A DNA stretch of 64,000 nt from Gloeobacterales cyanobacterium (GCA_038245785.1 JBBRSB010000029.1:1-64000), one strand, 5' to 3'. Counted from the stretch's first letter, positions 49,917 to 59,878 are shown. Program-made: numbers and translations. The notes: generated by a model from the sequence alone, not told the origin.

Positions 49917-51662
49917 TCATGCCAATCTCTTAGCGTAGTAGGTCTCGATCACTTGCACTATCCGATCTAGCAGGGGTACGAATCCACCAAAGTTGATTGA
50001 AGATGCTCGCTCCTCAACAATCTTTCGGGCAAATATAGCCTTGCCATAGTTAGTGCTTGTATCAATATCATTCAATGGATTAAACGACTTGCCATTAAGC
50101 TTTATACTCTTGGTTGAAGCGTCGAAAAGGTCCTCAATCTTAGACTTCGATGCACCATTCTGTAGAGGAGTTAGAATTAGATATAGATTGCGGTGAACAT
50201 GAATAAACGGCTGCTTGCTGTCGACATTATTTGGCTTTGTTAAGTCTTTAACTGTCTTGAGAATTTTCTTTGCTCCATCGTCATTATCGATAAGTAAAAT
50301 CATTGGCTGCGTCATTCCAGGGACAGAGAAGCGAGAAAACGCTTTTTTGTATTCGGAAATAAAAGTACTAAAGGCCCCTGTGCCTCCATTAATACCAAGT
50401 ATTCTTCCCGTACTACTGCCAGCATATTTGAGGCGTCTGATTGCAAAGGAGGCCTTGCCATTCTCATCGGATGTCACAAGCGAAGGATAGCTGGATGCAA
50501 GTTGTCGTATTGCAGTCTCAATATATATATAGTCTGTCCATTCCTCGCAGATGAGCACCGGCCTAGACGCAACGTAAAATTCCTTAAAGAATAAGAATCT
50601 AGAGTATATTGCTTCTTTGCTAGAGATCGATGATTCACTTTTACGAGGGAAGAGCTCCTTGTTGTAGCGATCAATGCCGTCAATAAAGCCAAGTCTTCCA
50701 TGAAGTTGATTCAGGCTGCCGGGTATCATTGTTGGATGAGACTCTCCGTTTGCATCTCTTGCAACTGCTGGCACAAAAAAGCTACCCTTTGTAAATAGAT
50801 GGTGAGCCATTGCCCTAACATTGTGTCGATACTCACGCCGTATATTGACTTTCTTATTCACGACTAAACCGGTTACTTGCTGCCTTGAACTGCGATACTG
50901 CATCCTTGTCTTCTTGTTATTAAGTGCAAAACCTGACAGGCTTACTAATCGCAACAGGTCTGGTCCGGGAATCCAAAGGTGATTATTCTCATCATTCTGT
51001 ATTGCAATCCTCTGAGGGAACTCGCGTTTATTTGTTGAGAAAGTAAGGTCGTCTGCATATCTTGAATAGATGCACCCAGAACGAGACGCTAGTCTGGTTA
51101 GATGTATATCTAGGATGTGTCCAATCAAGTTGGATATAACAGGAGAACAAGGACTACCCTGAGGCAGCTTCTGATTGAAACAAGCTATTTGCGCAAATAT
51201 TGTGGCAACTTTAGAATCCAAATGGAAGTTTCTGTCTTTTATAAAGAAACCTCGAACACGGCCAAAATTAATGGAGCCAAAGAAGTCTTCGAGATCAACA
51301 TTAAATACATATCTCCGGTTTTGATGTCTCTTTGCATTAGTGCGAATGGACCGCCCTCTCTTGAAGCCATGAGAAATGCTATCGCAAGAATTTGCTGTTT
51401 CATTCTCAGCGGCATTACTGTTGATTTCATCAAGGCAGTCTTGGAGAAGATCTGCCAATCGCCTCTAAAGCAATTTGAGCCTATCATTGGGCGCAGCAAT
51501 ACGTCGTGTGCCACCCGATCGTTTAGGAATATCGAATTCTTTGTATTTAGATGAATCAGGCTGAGCGTAGAGAATATATGTAAGAGCTTTTACTTTGAAA
51601 CCAAGTATATTCTCTACATCAATAATGATTTTTGCTCTATGCAGCTTCTGCAATTTAGACAT
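49917..51662 (-). pseudogene. Ec67-like retron reverse transcriptase-TOPRIM fusion with an in-frame TAG at 51465-51467
   Basis: IPKRSGGTRRI, LKLL*RRL, NAKRH, LPQGSP, YADD, VTGL; C-terminal ICEEWTD and LIDND. Confidence 0.9.
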
Positions 51663-51684
51663 TCTTGTTTTGGTTATTAGGTGG

Positions 51685-51856
51685 ACCTGCAGGCACTCCT
51701 TTGCGGAACGCGAAGAGTACCATGAATAGCTATGATACTAAGGAAAACACCGCGAGCATAGCGCTCTTTCATCATTGTGGGAGAGAGATAATAGATTAAA
51801 AGCCGTCTGAGGTAGATGTAGCCTATGGTTGAGCCCCGCGTGGCAAGCTGTGCCTA
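51685..51856 (-). ncRNA. Putative retron msr-msd RNA
   Basis: AAGGAGTGCCTGCA just upstream of the RT; complementary TAGGCAC at 51850-51856; hairpin AGTACCAT/ATGATACT enclosed by GCGG/CCGC. Confidence 0.6.
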
Positions 51857-52198
51857 TTCTCTGTCCATTTTTTGTATTTTTTTAGCAACTTGCTGCAAGA
51901 TAGGTAATTCGTTTTGAACCACATCCCAGATAATTTCAAAGTCAAGTCCAAAGTATTCATGAGCAATGATATTGCGCAAGCCTACAACTTGGGACCATGG
52001 AACTTCAGGATAAGCACTTCGGATTTCTGGAGGTACTTTTCCTGCTGCCTCACCAATCACAATTAAATTGAAGGCCACCGCATCCAGCAGAAGTGTATCC
52101 CTGTGAAGATCTTGGAGGGTCTTTCCTGAGACATAAGCAGTCACCTTATCAATGGCTCCTAATATATCTTCCAGATAAAGGCCAACCTCACGCGACAT
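51854..52198 (-). CDS. HepT/DUF86 HEPN RNase toxin
   Basis: IGEAA, PWSQVVGLRNIIAHEYF (Rx4HxY). Confidence 0.9.
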   Translation of the reverse strand: MSREVGLYLEDILGAIDKVTAYVSGKTLQDLHRDTLLLDAVAFNLIVIGEAAGKVPPEIRSAYPEVPWSQVVGLRNIIAHEYFGLDFEIIWDVVQNELPILQQVAKKIQKMDRE

Positions 52199-52481
52199 TC
52201 TTAGCCTCAAGCAATACCCGTTCACGTAGATATGGTTTCAAGCTCTCTATAGTGACTAAGTCCACAGGTATGCCAAAAAACTCCTCAAGGAAGAGCTTGA
52301 GGCCCATGTAGTTTCTGAAAGTCTTTGGTGAAAGTTCAACTAGAAAGTCTAGGTCACTATCCTCTCTCCCCTCCCCGCGAACAGTAGAACCAAAGAGCAT
52401 GAGACGCACTACCCCAAAAGATTTCAGGGTTTTATGACATTGCTTAAGCTTGTGCTGGATGTCTTCAATGCTGAGAGGCAT
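52188..52481 (-). CDS. MntA-type minimal nucleotidyltransferase antitoxin
   Basis: LFGSTVRGE...SDLDFLV, VDLVT. Confidence 0.9.
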   Translation of the reverse strand: MPLSIEDIQHKLKQCHKTLKSFGVVRLMLFGSTVRGEGREDSDLDFLVELSPKTFRNYMGLKLFLEEFFGIPVDLVTIESLKPYLRERVLLEAKNVA

Positions 52482-52565
52482 GGGATTATCGTAGCAGTAC
52501 AAAACGAAGTTGCTTAATGACCTAACAAAACGAGTCCTTTTTAGACTTGCGACTTAGGCATTGCC

Positions 52566-52931
52566 CTAAGCAAGAAACCGGGCATCCATCTTGCGTAGTC
52601 GATGTGCCAGGATTCGCATGACCTCAATCGCAAAATAGGGGGTCTGCTGAAGGAGAAACTGAAATCGTTTTTGGTCAATGGGGACGACGCGACAATCGGT
52701 CTTTGCTCGTACGGACGCACACCTGGTTTCATCATCTTGGTCTTTAATCATGGCCATCTCACCCAGAACCGTCTCCGGTACGACTGTCTCTACAATGGCG
52801 TCGCCTACTAGAATGTCTACTTCTCCATCAATCAATATGTACATGAGCTCAGCTTGGTCTCCCTGGCGGAAGAGATATTCCCCCGCAGAGAAAGAGCGTG
52901 TGTCTGAGGCATTCTGAAAAAGATGCAGCAT
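52566..52931 (-). CDS. Stand-alone cyclic-nucleotide-binding domain protein
   Basis: LFRQGD, GEVDI, LGEMAMI...RCASVRA. Confidence 0.85.
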   Translation of the reverse strand: MLHLFQNASDTRSFSAGEYLFRQGDQAELMYILIDGEVDILVGDAIVETVVPETVLGEMAMIKDQDDETRCASVRAKTDCRVVPIDQKRFQFLLQQTPYFAIEVMRILAHRLRKMDARFLA

Positions 52932-53109
52932 TTTCACCAATAAACTCCGTTCATCCATCTAGCACTAGTTTCACACGGGGCTGTTCCTTGTTATCGAACA
53001 ACCATCAGGCTGAGGAACGTGGCTCATATTACAGTTATGCCGCCTCAAGGTGGGGGCTTAGAGGTTGAAAGCTTATCCGTAGGTTGCGGTCACAAGTAGC
53101 TATAAGCCC

Positions 53110-53496
53110 TCAACTATCGGTATTCAGCTTCTTTGGTTCTGCATCATATAGTCCTGGAACAACTAGCCACAGCCACATACGGCATTTGAATAAACGCAAG
53201 GACAAGAGTTCTTCTGGAAAGGTTTGCTGACCATGCCCTTGCCAATGTCCCAAATTAGTAAGTTGCTGTTTTGCACAGGGAGGGCACAGATCTCCAGGTT
53301 TGCCTTTGTCAGAGCTGTAGTTAGGGTCGGTTTCGTCGATAGGGACAGGGTCAGGCAATCGCCCATTTTGAGAATAGGGACAGGGTTTGCCGTTCAATTC
53401 CGCCGAGATCATTCCGGAACAAATTAGCGAATCTGGATAGATTTTGCCGTCAGGGGAGAAAAAAAGCGCCTTTGGAGGAGTATTGACACCGCTCAT
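53110..53496 (-). CDS. Cys-rich hypothetical protein
   Basis: ICSG, PCPYS, LCPPCAK, LFKCR. Confidence 0.65.
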   Translation of the reverse strand: MSGVNTPPKALFFSPDGKIYPDSLICSGMISAELNGKPCPYSQNGRLPDPVPIDETDPNYSSDKGKPGDLCPPCAKQQLTNLGHWQGHGQQTFPEELLSLRLFKCRMWLWLVVPGLYDAEPKKLNTDS

Positions 53497-53587
53497 TGAC
53501 TATACCGAATAAGAGATCGTGCTTCAGGAGTAAACCTGATCGCTTAGCAGTATTTTGAACGCTTAGCGGACATTAGTCAATATGAAA

Positions 53588-54088
53588 TTATCGCTTTTCT
53601 TCGGGAGGGACTTGAAAGTCAGATTGTTTGGCGATGAGTTCCAAGAATTTCATTGTGGAGCGATCGGGTTCATAAACACCGTTTTCCCACTCACTTACAG
53701 TTTGCCGACGGACACCCAACGCCTGAGCAAATTCGGATTGGGTCAAGTTCATGTATTTACGAAGGGCTTTGATCGCGTCCTGCTGCCAGACGATTTCTCC
53801 GTCTTTTTGTTGGATGTTGTATTGTGCCTGAAATTTACGGAAGGTAGTAGCCTTCTGGGTTAGATCAACTGACTCAATGTGGTAGCCTGCGCTAATCCAT
53901 GCTCCGGCCTGCAGGGCGCTAGAACTGTCGCGATTGCTCCACCAGTTCTTTTTGCTCAACGCTGAGGCGGGCAGAGGGCTGCCCATAAAGGCTTCGATTT
54001 CGGCAAAGGTCAGCATCGTCTCTGCTTGATTGCAGCGTTGCAGGTGCTCAAAAAGAGGATAGTATTTGCTGCCAGGTTTGATGCTCAT
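53588..54088 (-). CDS. Uncharacterised N-terminal domain plus Xre HTH protein
   Basis: SKYYPL...LTFAEIE...LPASA...WWSN; LTQSEFAQALGVRRQTVSEWE. Confidence 0.8.
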   Translation of the reverse strand: MSIKPGSKYYPLFEHLQRCNQAETMLTFAEIEAFMGSPLPASALSKKNWWSNRDSSSALQAGAWISAGYHIESVDLTQKATTFRKFQAQYNIQQKDGEIVWQQDAIKALRKYMNLTQSEFAQALGVRRQTVSEWENGVYEPDRSTMKFLELIAKQSDFQVPPEEKR

Positions 54089-54108
54089 GAAGAATGAATC
54101 GAGAAGAT

Positions 54109-54570
54109 CTAAGTCAGCGTCGGAAGGGGTGGAATAGAAAAATCAGAGAATAGCTGAATATCAAAGTTCGCATTTTTCAATGTGTTGACTAACCGTTTAT
54201 CTTGAGTGAGTAAGAGGGCATTGTTCTGCTGTGACAGGGCAACATAGCAAGCATCATAGGCAGAAATTCCATGAGTCACACTAAGGGTAAGTGCTTCTAG
54301 CATGAGATCAGCGGTAGGAGTTGCAGTGAAGTGGAGCAATTTTAGATCAGCTAAATTCGCCTGTGCTTCAGCAAGATCATACAATCCAGCGCGAATGTAT
54401 TTCCAGACAATGTTCGTGCATTCAATATAGAACAAGTCCGGGATATAAAGTCGAGCATCAGGATCGCTTAAATGGGCAAAAAGCTGATCAACTTTGGGTG
54501 TCAGTGGCTCAATGATAAATTTCTTGATGCCAACGCTAGCATCGACAACACATTTAATTGAAGATGTCAT
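54109..54570 (-). CDS. VapC/PIN toxin
   Basis: VVDASV, IECTN, SAYDACY, LLTQD. Confidence 0.9.
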   Translation of the reverse strand: MTSSIKCVVDASVGIKKFIIEPLTPKVDQLFAHLSDPDARLYIPDLFYIECTNIVWKYIRAGLYDLAEAQANLADLKLLHFTATPTADLMLEALTLSVTHGISAYDACYVALSQQNNALLLTQDKRLVNTLKNANFDIQLFSDFSIPPLPTLT

Positions 54571-54944
54571 CTGGCTCGGTCTTCCTGAAGCAAGGTGAGG
54601 GTATCAGGTAAATTGTGTTGAGCCGGAGCAAACGTCCGTCGTTGCTCTATCCGCCGAAGAATTTCTGCCTGGATTGGCGGTCCTTGTTTTAGTTCTGAAG
54701 CATTTGCCTTCAGCATTCTTAAGTCTTGCTGGGAGTCTTCAATACCGTAATGAATTGGAATTTTGCGACTGCCCAAAATTTGCTGAAATTCTGACTGTTT
54801 CATACACGCAAATTGGCTGGCTGCAGCCAAGGTAATCTTTTCCTGACGAAAGAGCAAAATGGCAATTTCTAGCTTTAAATCGGCTTCAGAAATATGTGCG
54901 GTTTGTAAAAACTCATCGGGAATAACTAAACTCATTTCAAACAA
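54567..54944 (-). CDS. UPF0175-like antitoxin with an extra VapB-like C-terminus
   Basis: LKLEIAILLF..EKITL...IPIHYG plus DTLTLLQEDRAR. Confidence 0.7.
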   Translation of the reverse strand: MFEMSLVIPDEFLQTAHISEADLKLEIAILLFRQEKITLAAASQFACMKQSEFQQILGSRKIPIHYGIEDSQQDLRMLKANASELKQGPPIQAEILRRIEQRRTFAPAQHNLPDTLTLLQEDRAR

Positions 54945-54949
54945 TCTCC

Positions 54950-55189
54950 TTACTCATAAAAGCAATAAAAAAGATCTGATTTAGGAATATATCGACAATC
55001 TGGCCTGTAGATTGCCCGATAGGTCCCCGTATCTAGCTGACGGCGATTCGGAATCGTCAGAATTTCCTTCCCTGCTACACCAATCCGGCGTAGCTTAACG
55101 TGGCTACCCTTTTGACTAGCAATCTGAAAGCCGAATTGCTCCAGAATTGCGATGACTTCGGCATCCGATAATCGTTTAAGCTTGGACAT
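54950..55189 (-). CDS. hicA: HicA-family toxin (possibly degenerate)
   Basis: FGF...QKGSHVKL...TIPN..LDTGT. Confidence 0.75.
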   Translation of the reverse strand: MSKLKRLSDAEVIAILEQFGFQIASQKGSHVKLRRIGVAGKEILTIPNRRQLDTGTYRAIYRPDCRYIPKSDLFYCFYE

Positions 55190-55414
55190 AGTTAGGGTTC
55201 AACTCAAATGTAACTAGAACAGAAGGATTAGCGACCAAACCAAACTCAGATGGATCTTCACCCTCTAAATGCAGGGAAACAGCCTCTTTCAGGTTTTGAC
55301 AACCTCATCCAGGGTTTCTCCTTGAGTCACAACTGAAATCTCCAAACATTCGGCAACATGACCGCTTTGCTCTCCTGGACGAATGAAGAATTTAATGGTC
55401 TGCTGAAGCTGCAT
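55176..55414 (-). pseudogene. hicB: HicB antitoxin, frameshifted
   Basis: VAECLEISVVTQGETLDEVV, then one missing A before LKEAVSLHLEGED. Confidence 0.8.
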
Positions 55415-55442
55415 AATGGCACTCCTTAGAGAAACAAGATAA

Positions 55443-56888
55443 TTACTCCACTGTCTCCTCACCCAAAATCATCCGCTCAACTCGCGCTTTTGCGGCTGCA
55501 ATGACGGCCTCGGCTTGCGATCGCAACCGTTTTGCCTCGGTACGGTAGGACTGTATTCTGTTAATTACTTTTTTCTGTTGGTCAAGTGGAACTATAGGGA
55601 CAAGAATCTGACCTGTTTCGGTAAGATTGAGATTTCCCTGTGCAACGGGTCTTTTCAAAGCACTAATTTGAATTTGACCCGCAGGACTACTCAAGAATGC
55701 TTGCAAGAAGTCAGGCAATAAATCAACATTTTCACGAATTCTGATTCTTGCAAGAGCTTGATTTGTGACCAATGGTGGCTCAATATTTTTGACGACAGCA
55801 GACTTTCCAATGGTCGCTCCGACAATGACAAGTAGAATATCACCGTTTTGGATCATTGCTCTTTTCAGCGTTTTTGCAAAATCTTGTGAAACAAACAAGC
55901 AATCATCAAAACTAATTTCTCCCTCATCATTAAGATTTTGAACTCTTAAAAATGGAACACCTTCATCAACATACTTTGAACCTAGAGGAGTTGAGCCGCT
56001 TGTAATTTGATGAGAAATGGATTTAAGAGGAGTTAAGTTGGAATTAAACCTTTTCTGTAAAATTGAAACTAATCCTACATAGCAAGTGTTATATAAATCC
56101 AAATCAAACCTCCCACCAGCAATTTTGCTAATGCCGACAGTGAAATATTTTTCATCCTTCAATTCAGAAATTTCTAAATCAAGTTCTTCAAGAACAACTC
56201 TGCTAGAAGAGCTTAATAGTTTCTCTGCTACTTCTAGCTTTTTCTGTCGATCGCCATAAGCCTCCTGCATCACCTGAGCAATCTGGTCTTGGAGCGATCG
56301 AGGAGGAACTGAAATCAAAATCCTCCCAACTTCCTTTAAATTCATTTCAGGTCGTGTTGTTCGATGCGATAAGCGAGAGACCTGAAAATCACCAAATTGA
56401 GAGTTAAGAAATGCTGCAACATAATGAGGATTAATATCCTCTGGCAATTCAATTCCTGCAATATGTCCTGTAATACTTCCTTCTTCTAAAGAGTCCGGAA
56501 AGACAGCTGCTGTTCCTACTCGTCCGGCAATAGTTATCAAAACATTCCCAGGAATTACTCGGCTTCGATTCAATTCTTGATGCTTCTCTTCAGAGATATA
56601 TTTAATGTTACTTAAATCAATACCTGTTGACAAAACATCTTTAACCCGAATATAGGGAATCCCGTTATCCTGATACATATCAACTTTGCGGTTGCTCCCA
56701 AAGGGACCATCAAATAAGCGAGAAGAAACCTTCTTTAAGGGTTTCAAAGGATATGGAGCATTGCTCAAAGCATCAAGTCTTTCTTGATACTCTGGCAGAT
56801 AAAATTCAACAAAAATCTTTGATATAGTTAACTGACTACGCTTGACCAAAAAGTGAGTTCGATCGCCTCGATTTGTGCTTATAGCCAT
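55443..56888 (-). CDS. Restriction-modification specificity subunit (HsdS-like, two TRDs)
   Basis: GPFGS, IPYIRV, GSTP, GATIGK, VPP/IVP..QQ conserved repeats. Confidence 0.85.
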   Translation of the reverse strand: MAISTNRGDRTHFLVKRSQLTISKIFVEFYLPEYQERLDALSNAPYPLKPLKKVSSRLFDGPFGSNRKVDMYQDNGIPYIRVKDVLSTGIDLSNIKYISEEKHQELNRSRVIPGNVLITIAGRVGTAAVFPDSLEEGSITGHIAGIELPEDINPHYVAAFLNSQFGDFQVSRLSHRTTRPEMNLKEVGRILISVPPRSLQDQIAQVMQEAYGDRQKKLEVAEKLLSSSSRVVLEELDLEISELKDEKYFTVGISKIAGGRFDLDLYNTCYVGLVSILQKRFNSNLTPLKSISHQITSGSTPLGSKYVDEGVPFLRVQNLNDEGEISFDDCLFVSQDFAKTLKRAMIQNGDILLVIVGATIGKSAVVKNIEPPLVTNQALARIRIRENVDLLPDFLQAFLSSPAGQIQISALKRPVAQGNLNLTETGQILVPIVPLDQQKKVINRIQSYRTEAKRLRSQAEAVIAAAKARVERMILGEETVE

Positions 56889-58918
56889 CCTAGTAACTCG
56901 TTAAACTTTGTAGTTGCCAAAGAAATATCAGAAGGGCAATGTGATTCTTCCTCTGATACATTTAATCGCCCTGTCGCGTCATAACCAATATTGTCTATTC
57001 TTGCCATGTAAACGTCATAGTCTTCATCCTCAACATTATCCTGACCAATTTCAAGCTGTACTTGCGGTAACCGAGCATTACGCTTTTGCAAAACAAGAAT
57101 GCTAGTTTTAACACCTGCTCCATAAGGTGCAAATGTTTCTTGAGGCAAACTGAGAACAGCTTTCAGTTTTGCCCAGCGAAAAATCCAATCACGAACGTCC
57201 TGTGTTTGGCTGTTTGCTAAGACTCCATCAGGTAGAACGATAGCAAGTTTTCCACCAGGCTTTAGGAACTCAAGGCAACGATTAAGAAAAACAATTTCCT
57301 GAGGCATGGTTTTAACAGTCTTACCGTTCTTTTGTGTCACCCCATCCCTTGCAGCCAAATCCTTCAAAATCCCTTCACTCGTTACCTTTGCTCCAAACGG
57401 GGGATTCGTCAAAATCATCGTCAACCCACCCGGATAAAACCCCGGTCGATTCGGCAACCCCTCCATAGTGCCGCCAGTAATGCTGCCCAACGGTTGCAGC
57501 GAGTCCATTACCTTCAAATCCGCATATTGTGCTCCGTTCATCAAACAGTTCACCCGTGCCACATGCGTCACATTTCGAGAAATCTCCGCCCCAAACAATC
57601 GATTTTCGCGGAACTCTATAAATTCTTGCGTCGGTTCATCTGGGTTTGTGACCCCAATCCCTGCCGCCTCTGCCCGCTCCAGTTCCTGCTTTCGCACATA
57701 GTCCAGCACATGGGTCAACATCCGCGCCGAGCCACAGGCCGGATCGCCCACAAAATCATGCACCGTTGGCTGCAAAATCCCCACCATCAGGTTAATCACC
57801 GGAGTCGGCGTGAAATATTGCCCTAGGTCATCCCGAAAGGTCTTACCCAAGAAATCCTCAAACACGCCTCCCTTCACATCTGCCGTAGACTTTCGCAAAC
57901 TCCAAGGCTGCAATCGTTTGACAATTTCAACCGTCGTATGTGGTTTAAACTCCAGAGCATCCGACTCGGTAAACGCCAACCGAATGCCCAGATTATCCCC
58001 AAACTTTTCGCTTAAGGTATCCCGTTCCCACTGCTTCGCTTTCTCAAAGGTATCCCGCACCTGCACCATGAGACGCTCTGGGTCAGTTTCCCCATGCTTA
58101 TAGCTGAACACATAGGAACGCATTTCCCCCGTTTTCTTCACCAGGTCAATCGTTGCCTGCTCGTCATACCACTTGGCAAACAAAAACTTGACCATTGCAT
58201 CCACTGCCTCCTGGGGCTGCAATCCCTCGTTATCCCGCAAGATTGAGTGACACCCCGATCTCGTATCGCCCAATACCTCTCGGAACTTGTCACGAGTCAA
58301 CGGCTGCAATCCAGTTTGAATGCCATCTGGTTCGCTGGGGTTCAGGATGACCTTAAACGGGCTATGCTCCGCCGCCGATCGCGCACTTTCATACTTGGGC
58401 AAATCCCCAATTTCCTGAAGGTTACGGGGATACTCCAGATCACGGCGATAGATTTTTGTATGAATGCCGCTGGTCAGAATGGCGTAGCGGGCAGAGGGTG
58501 ATGCACTCATGTAAGCATTAAGGCGATTTAAGTGCTCAATCCATCCCTCCGGCTCCGTTCCCTCAAACTTCTTACCTGGCTCCATCGCCTCCAGCATAAT
58601 GAATGCTACATCCAAGCCTCCACCCGCACCGATGTAGCGGTCATCGTAGGCAATTACATCCGCCCGTCCCTGATACCGTCGCCCACCCTGATAGGTGCCT
58701 TCGGAAAAATCTGCGTAAAGTTCCAATTCCAGAGCATCCAGCGGCACACCGTATTCTTGATACAGGAGAGCAATCGCCCAGATCGTTACTGAGTCTTCTG
58801 CTGGACGAACGTAAGTTCCATCTGCCCTAAACAACTTGGAGAGATTAGAATGTTGCCGATAGTTCTCTGGAACGTTAGCTGGATTTTGGTAAGGGTTGGT
58901 GAAGTTGGTAAATGGCAT
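56879..58918 (-). CDS. N6-adenine DNA methyltransferase with N-terminal REase-like domain
   Basis: GQYFTP, DPACGS, NPPFG; N-terminal RADV...LEAMEP. Confidence 0.85.
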   Translation of the reverse strand: MPFTNFTNPYQNPANVPENYRQHSNLSKLFRADGTYVRPAEDSVTIWAIALLYQEYGVPLDALELELYADFSEGTYQGGRRYQGRADVIAYDDRYIGAGGGLDVAFIMLEAMEPGKKFEGTEPEGWIEHLNRLNAYMSASPSARYAILTSGIHTKIYRRDLEYPRNLQEIGDLPKYESARSAAEHSPFKVILNPSEPDGIQTGLQPLTRDKFREVLGDTRSGCHSILRDNEGLQPQEAVDAMVKFLFAKWYDEQATIDLVKKTGEMRSYVFSYKHGETDPERLMVQVRDTFEKAKQWERDTLSEKFGDNLGIRLAFTESDALEFKPHTTVEIVKRLQPWSLRKSTADVKGGVFEDFLGKTFRDDLGQYFTPTPVINLMVGILQPTVHDFVGDPACGSARMLTHVLDYVRKQELERAEAAGIGVTNPDEPTQEFIEFRENRLFGAEISRNVTHVARVNCLMNGAQYADLKVMDSLQPLGSITGGTMEGLPNRPGFYPGGLTMILTNPPFGAKVTSEGILKDLAARDGVTQKNGKTVKTMPQEIVFLNRCLEFLKPGGKLAIVLPDGVLANSQTQDVRDWIFRWAKLKAVLSLPQETFAPYGAGVKTSILVLQKRNARLPQVQLEIGQDNVEDEDYDVYMARIDNIGYDATGRLNVSEEESHCPSDISLATTKFNELLGWL

Positions 58919-59015
58919 TAAGTCGGTATCATAGAGATCAATACACTTGACCCCTTATGATGCCTGAAAATGGTTGAGTTGTGCAGTACGCCAAGGCAAA
59001 ATCTAAGTAATAGGC

Positions 59016-59873
59016 ATGGCTTCACCTATCTATGTTGGTTGTCAGGGATGGCGCTACGCTGATTGGCGCGTGCAAGAAGAAGAGGCAGGCCCGCTGAGTG
59101 CTCCGTTTTATGCGCCGAGTACCCGAGCTGACCAGGAATTATCGCACTATAGCCAGACCTTCGACCTAGTAGAAGTGGATTCCACTTTCTATGCCACTCC
59201 ACCAGAAAGTACAGTCAAACGCTGGGCAGAAAAGACGCCCGATTCGTTCCGGTTTACCCTCAAGTTGCCCCGGACCCTCACCCATGAAGACCGTTTACGC
59301 CGAGGAAGGAAAACCTTACAGGAGTTTTGTGAGCGGGCCAGAGTGCTCGGCCCCAAATTAGCCGCAGTTCTCATCCAACTGCCGCCATCTTTCAGTTCTC
59401 GTGAATTCCCGGTGCTCGAGCGGTTTTTACCCCATCTTCCTCAAGACATCTCCTTTGCCATAGAGTTTCGAGATAAAGCATGGCTAAACCCACAAACACT
59501 GGATCTATTACGCGCTCACCAAGTAGCCCTAACGCTGGGGGAAACACCCTGGATTTCCACAGAGGTGAGTCTATCCTGGGTCCAAAAATTGCCCACAGAC
59601 TGGCTTTATATCCGGATAATGGGCCTCAAAGAAGGAGGACTCAAACGCTTTACGCACCTGCAAATAGACCGAGACCGAGAATTAAGCGTCTGGGCAGCCA
59701 CCGTTAAAGACTTAGCGGCACAGGAAAACCATGTGTATGTCCTGACGGACAATCATTTTCAAGGTTTTTCGCCAGGTAGCGCGACCCTGCTCAAAGAAAA
59801 GTTGGGCCAGCCTATACAACCCTTTCCTCGAGCGCAAAAACAGCCCACAGACCAGCTTCGACTAGAAATATAG
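59016..59873 (+). CDS. DUF72-domain protein
   Basis: VGCQGW.Y, VEVDSTFY, QLPPSF, EFRD..W. Confidence 0.9.
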   Translation: MASPIYVGCQGWRYADWRVQEEEAGPLSAPFYAPSTRADQELSHYSQTFDLVEVDSTFYATPPESTVKRWAEKTPDSFRFTLKLPRTLTHEDRLRRGRKTLQEFCERARVLGPKLAAVLIQLPPSFSSREFPVLERFLPHLPQDISFAIEFRDKAWLNPQTLDLLRAHQVALTLGETPWISTEVSLSWVQKLPTDWLYIRIMGLKEGGLKRFTHLQIDRDRELSVWAATVKDLAAQENHVYVLTDNHFQGFSPGSATLLKEKLGQPIQPFPRAQKQPTDQLRLEI

Positions 59874-59878
59874 CTATG

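Noticed and set aside
52520..52559. Minus-strand GCCTAAG...GTTAGGT hairpin as an attC site
   Set aside because: At about 40 bp it is too short for a canonical attC and could be a simple hairpin
51832..52982. 11-bp imperfect inverted repeat (AGCCCCGCGTG / CACACGGGGCT) around HEPN-MNT-cNMP
   Set aside because: Short, mismatched and without target duplication; compatible with chance
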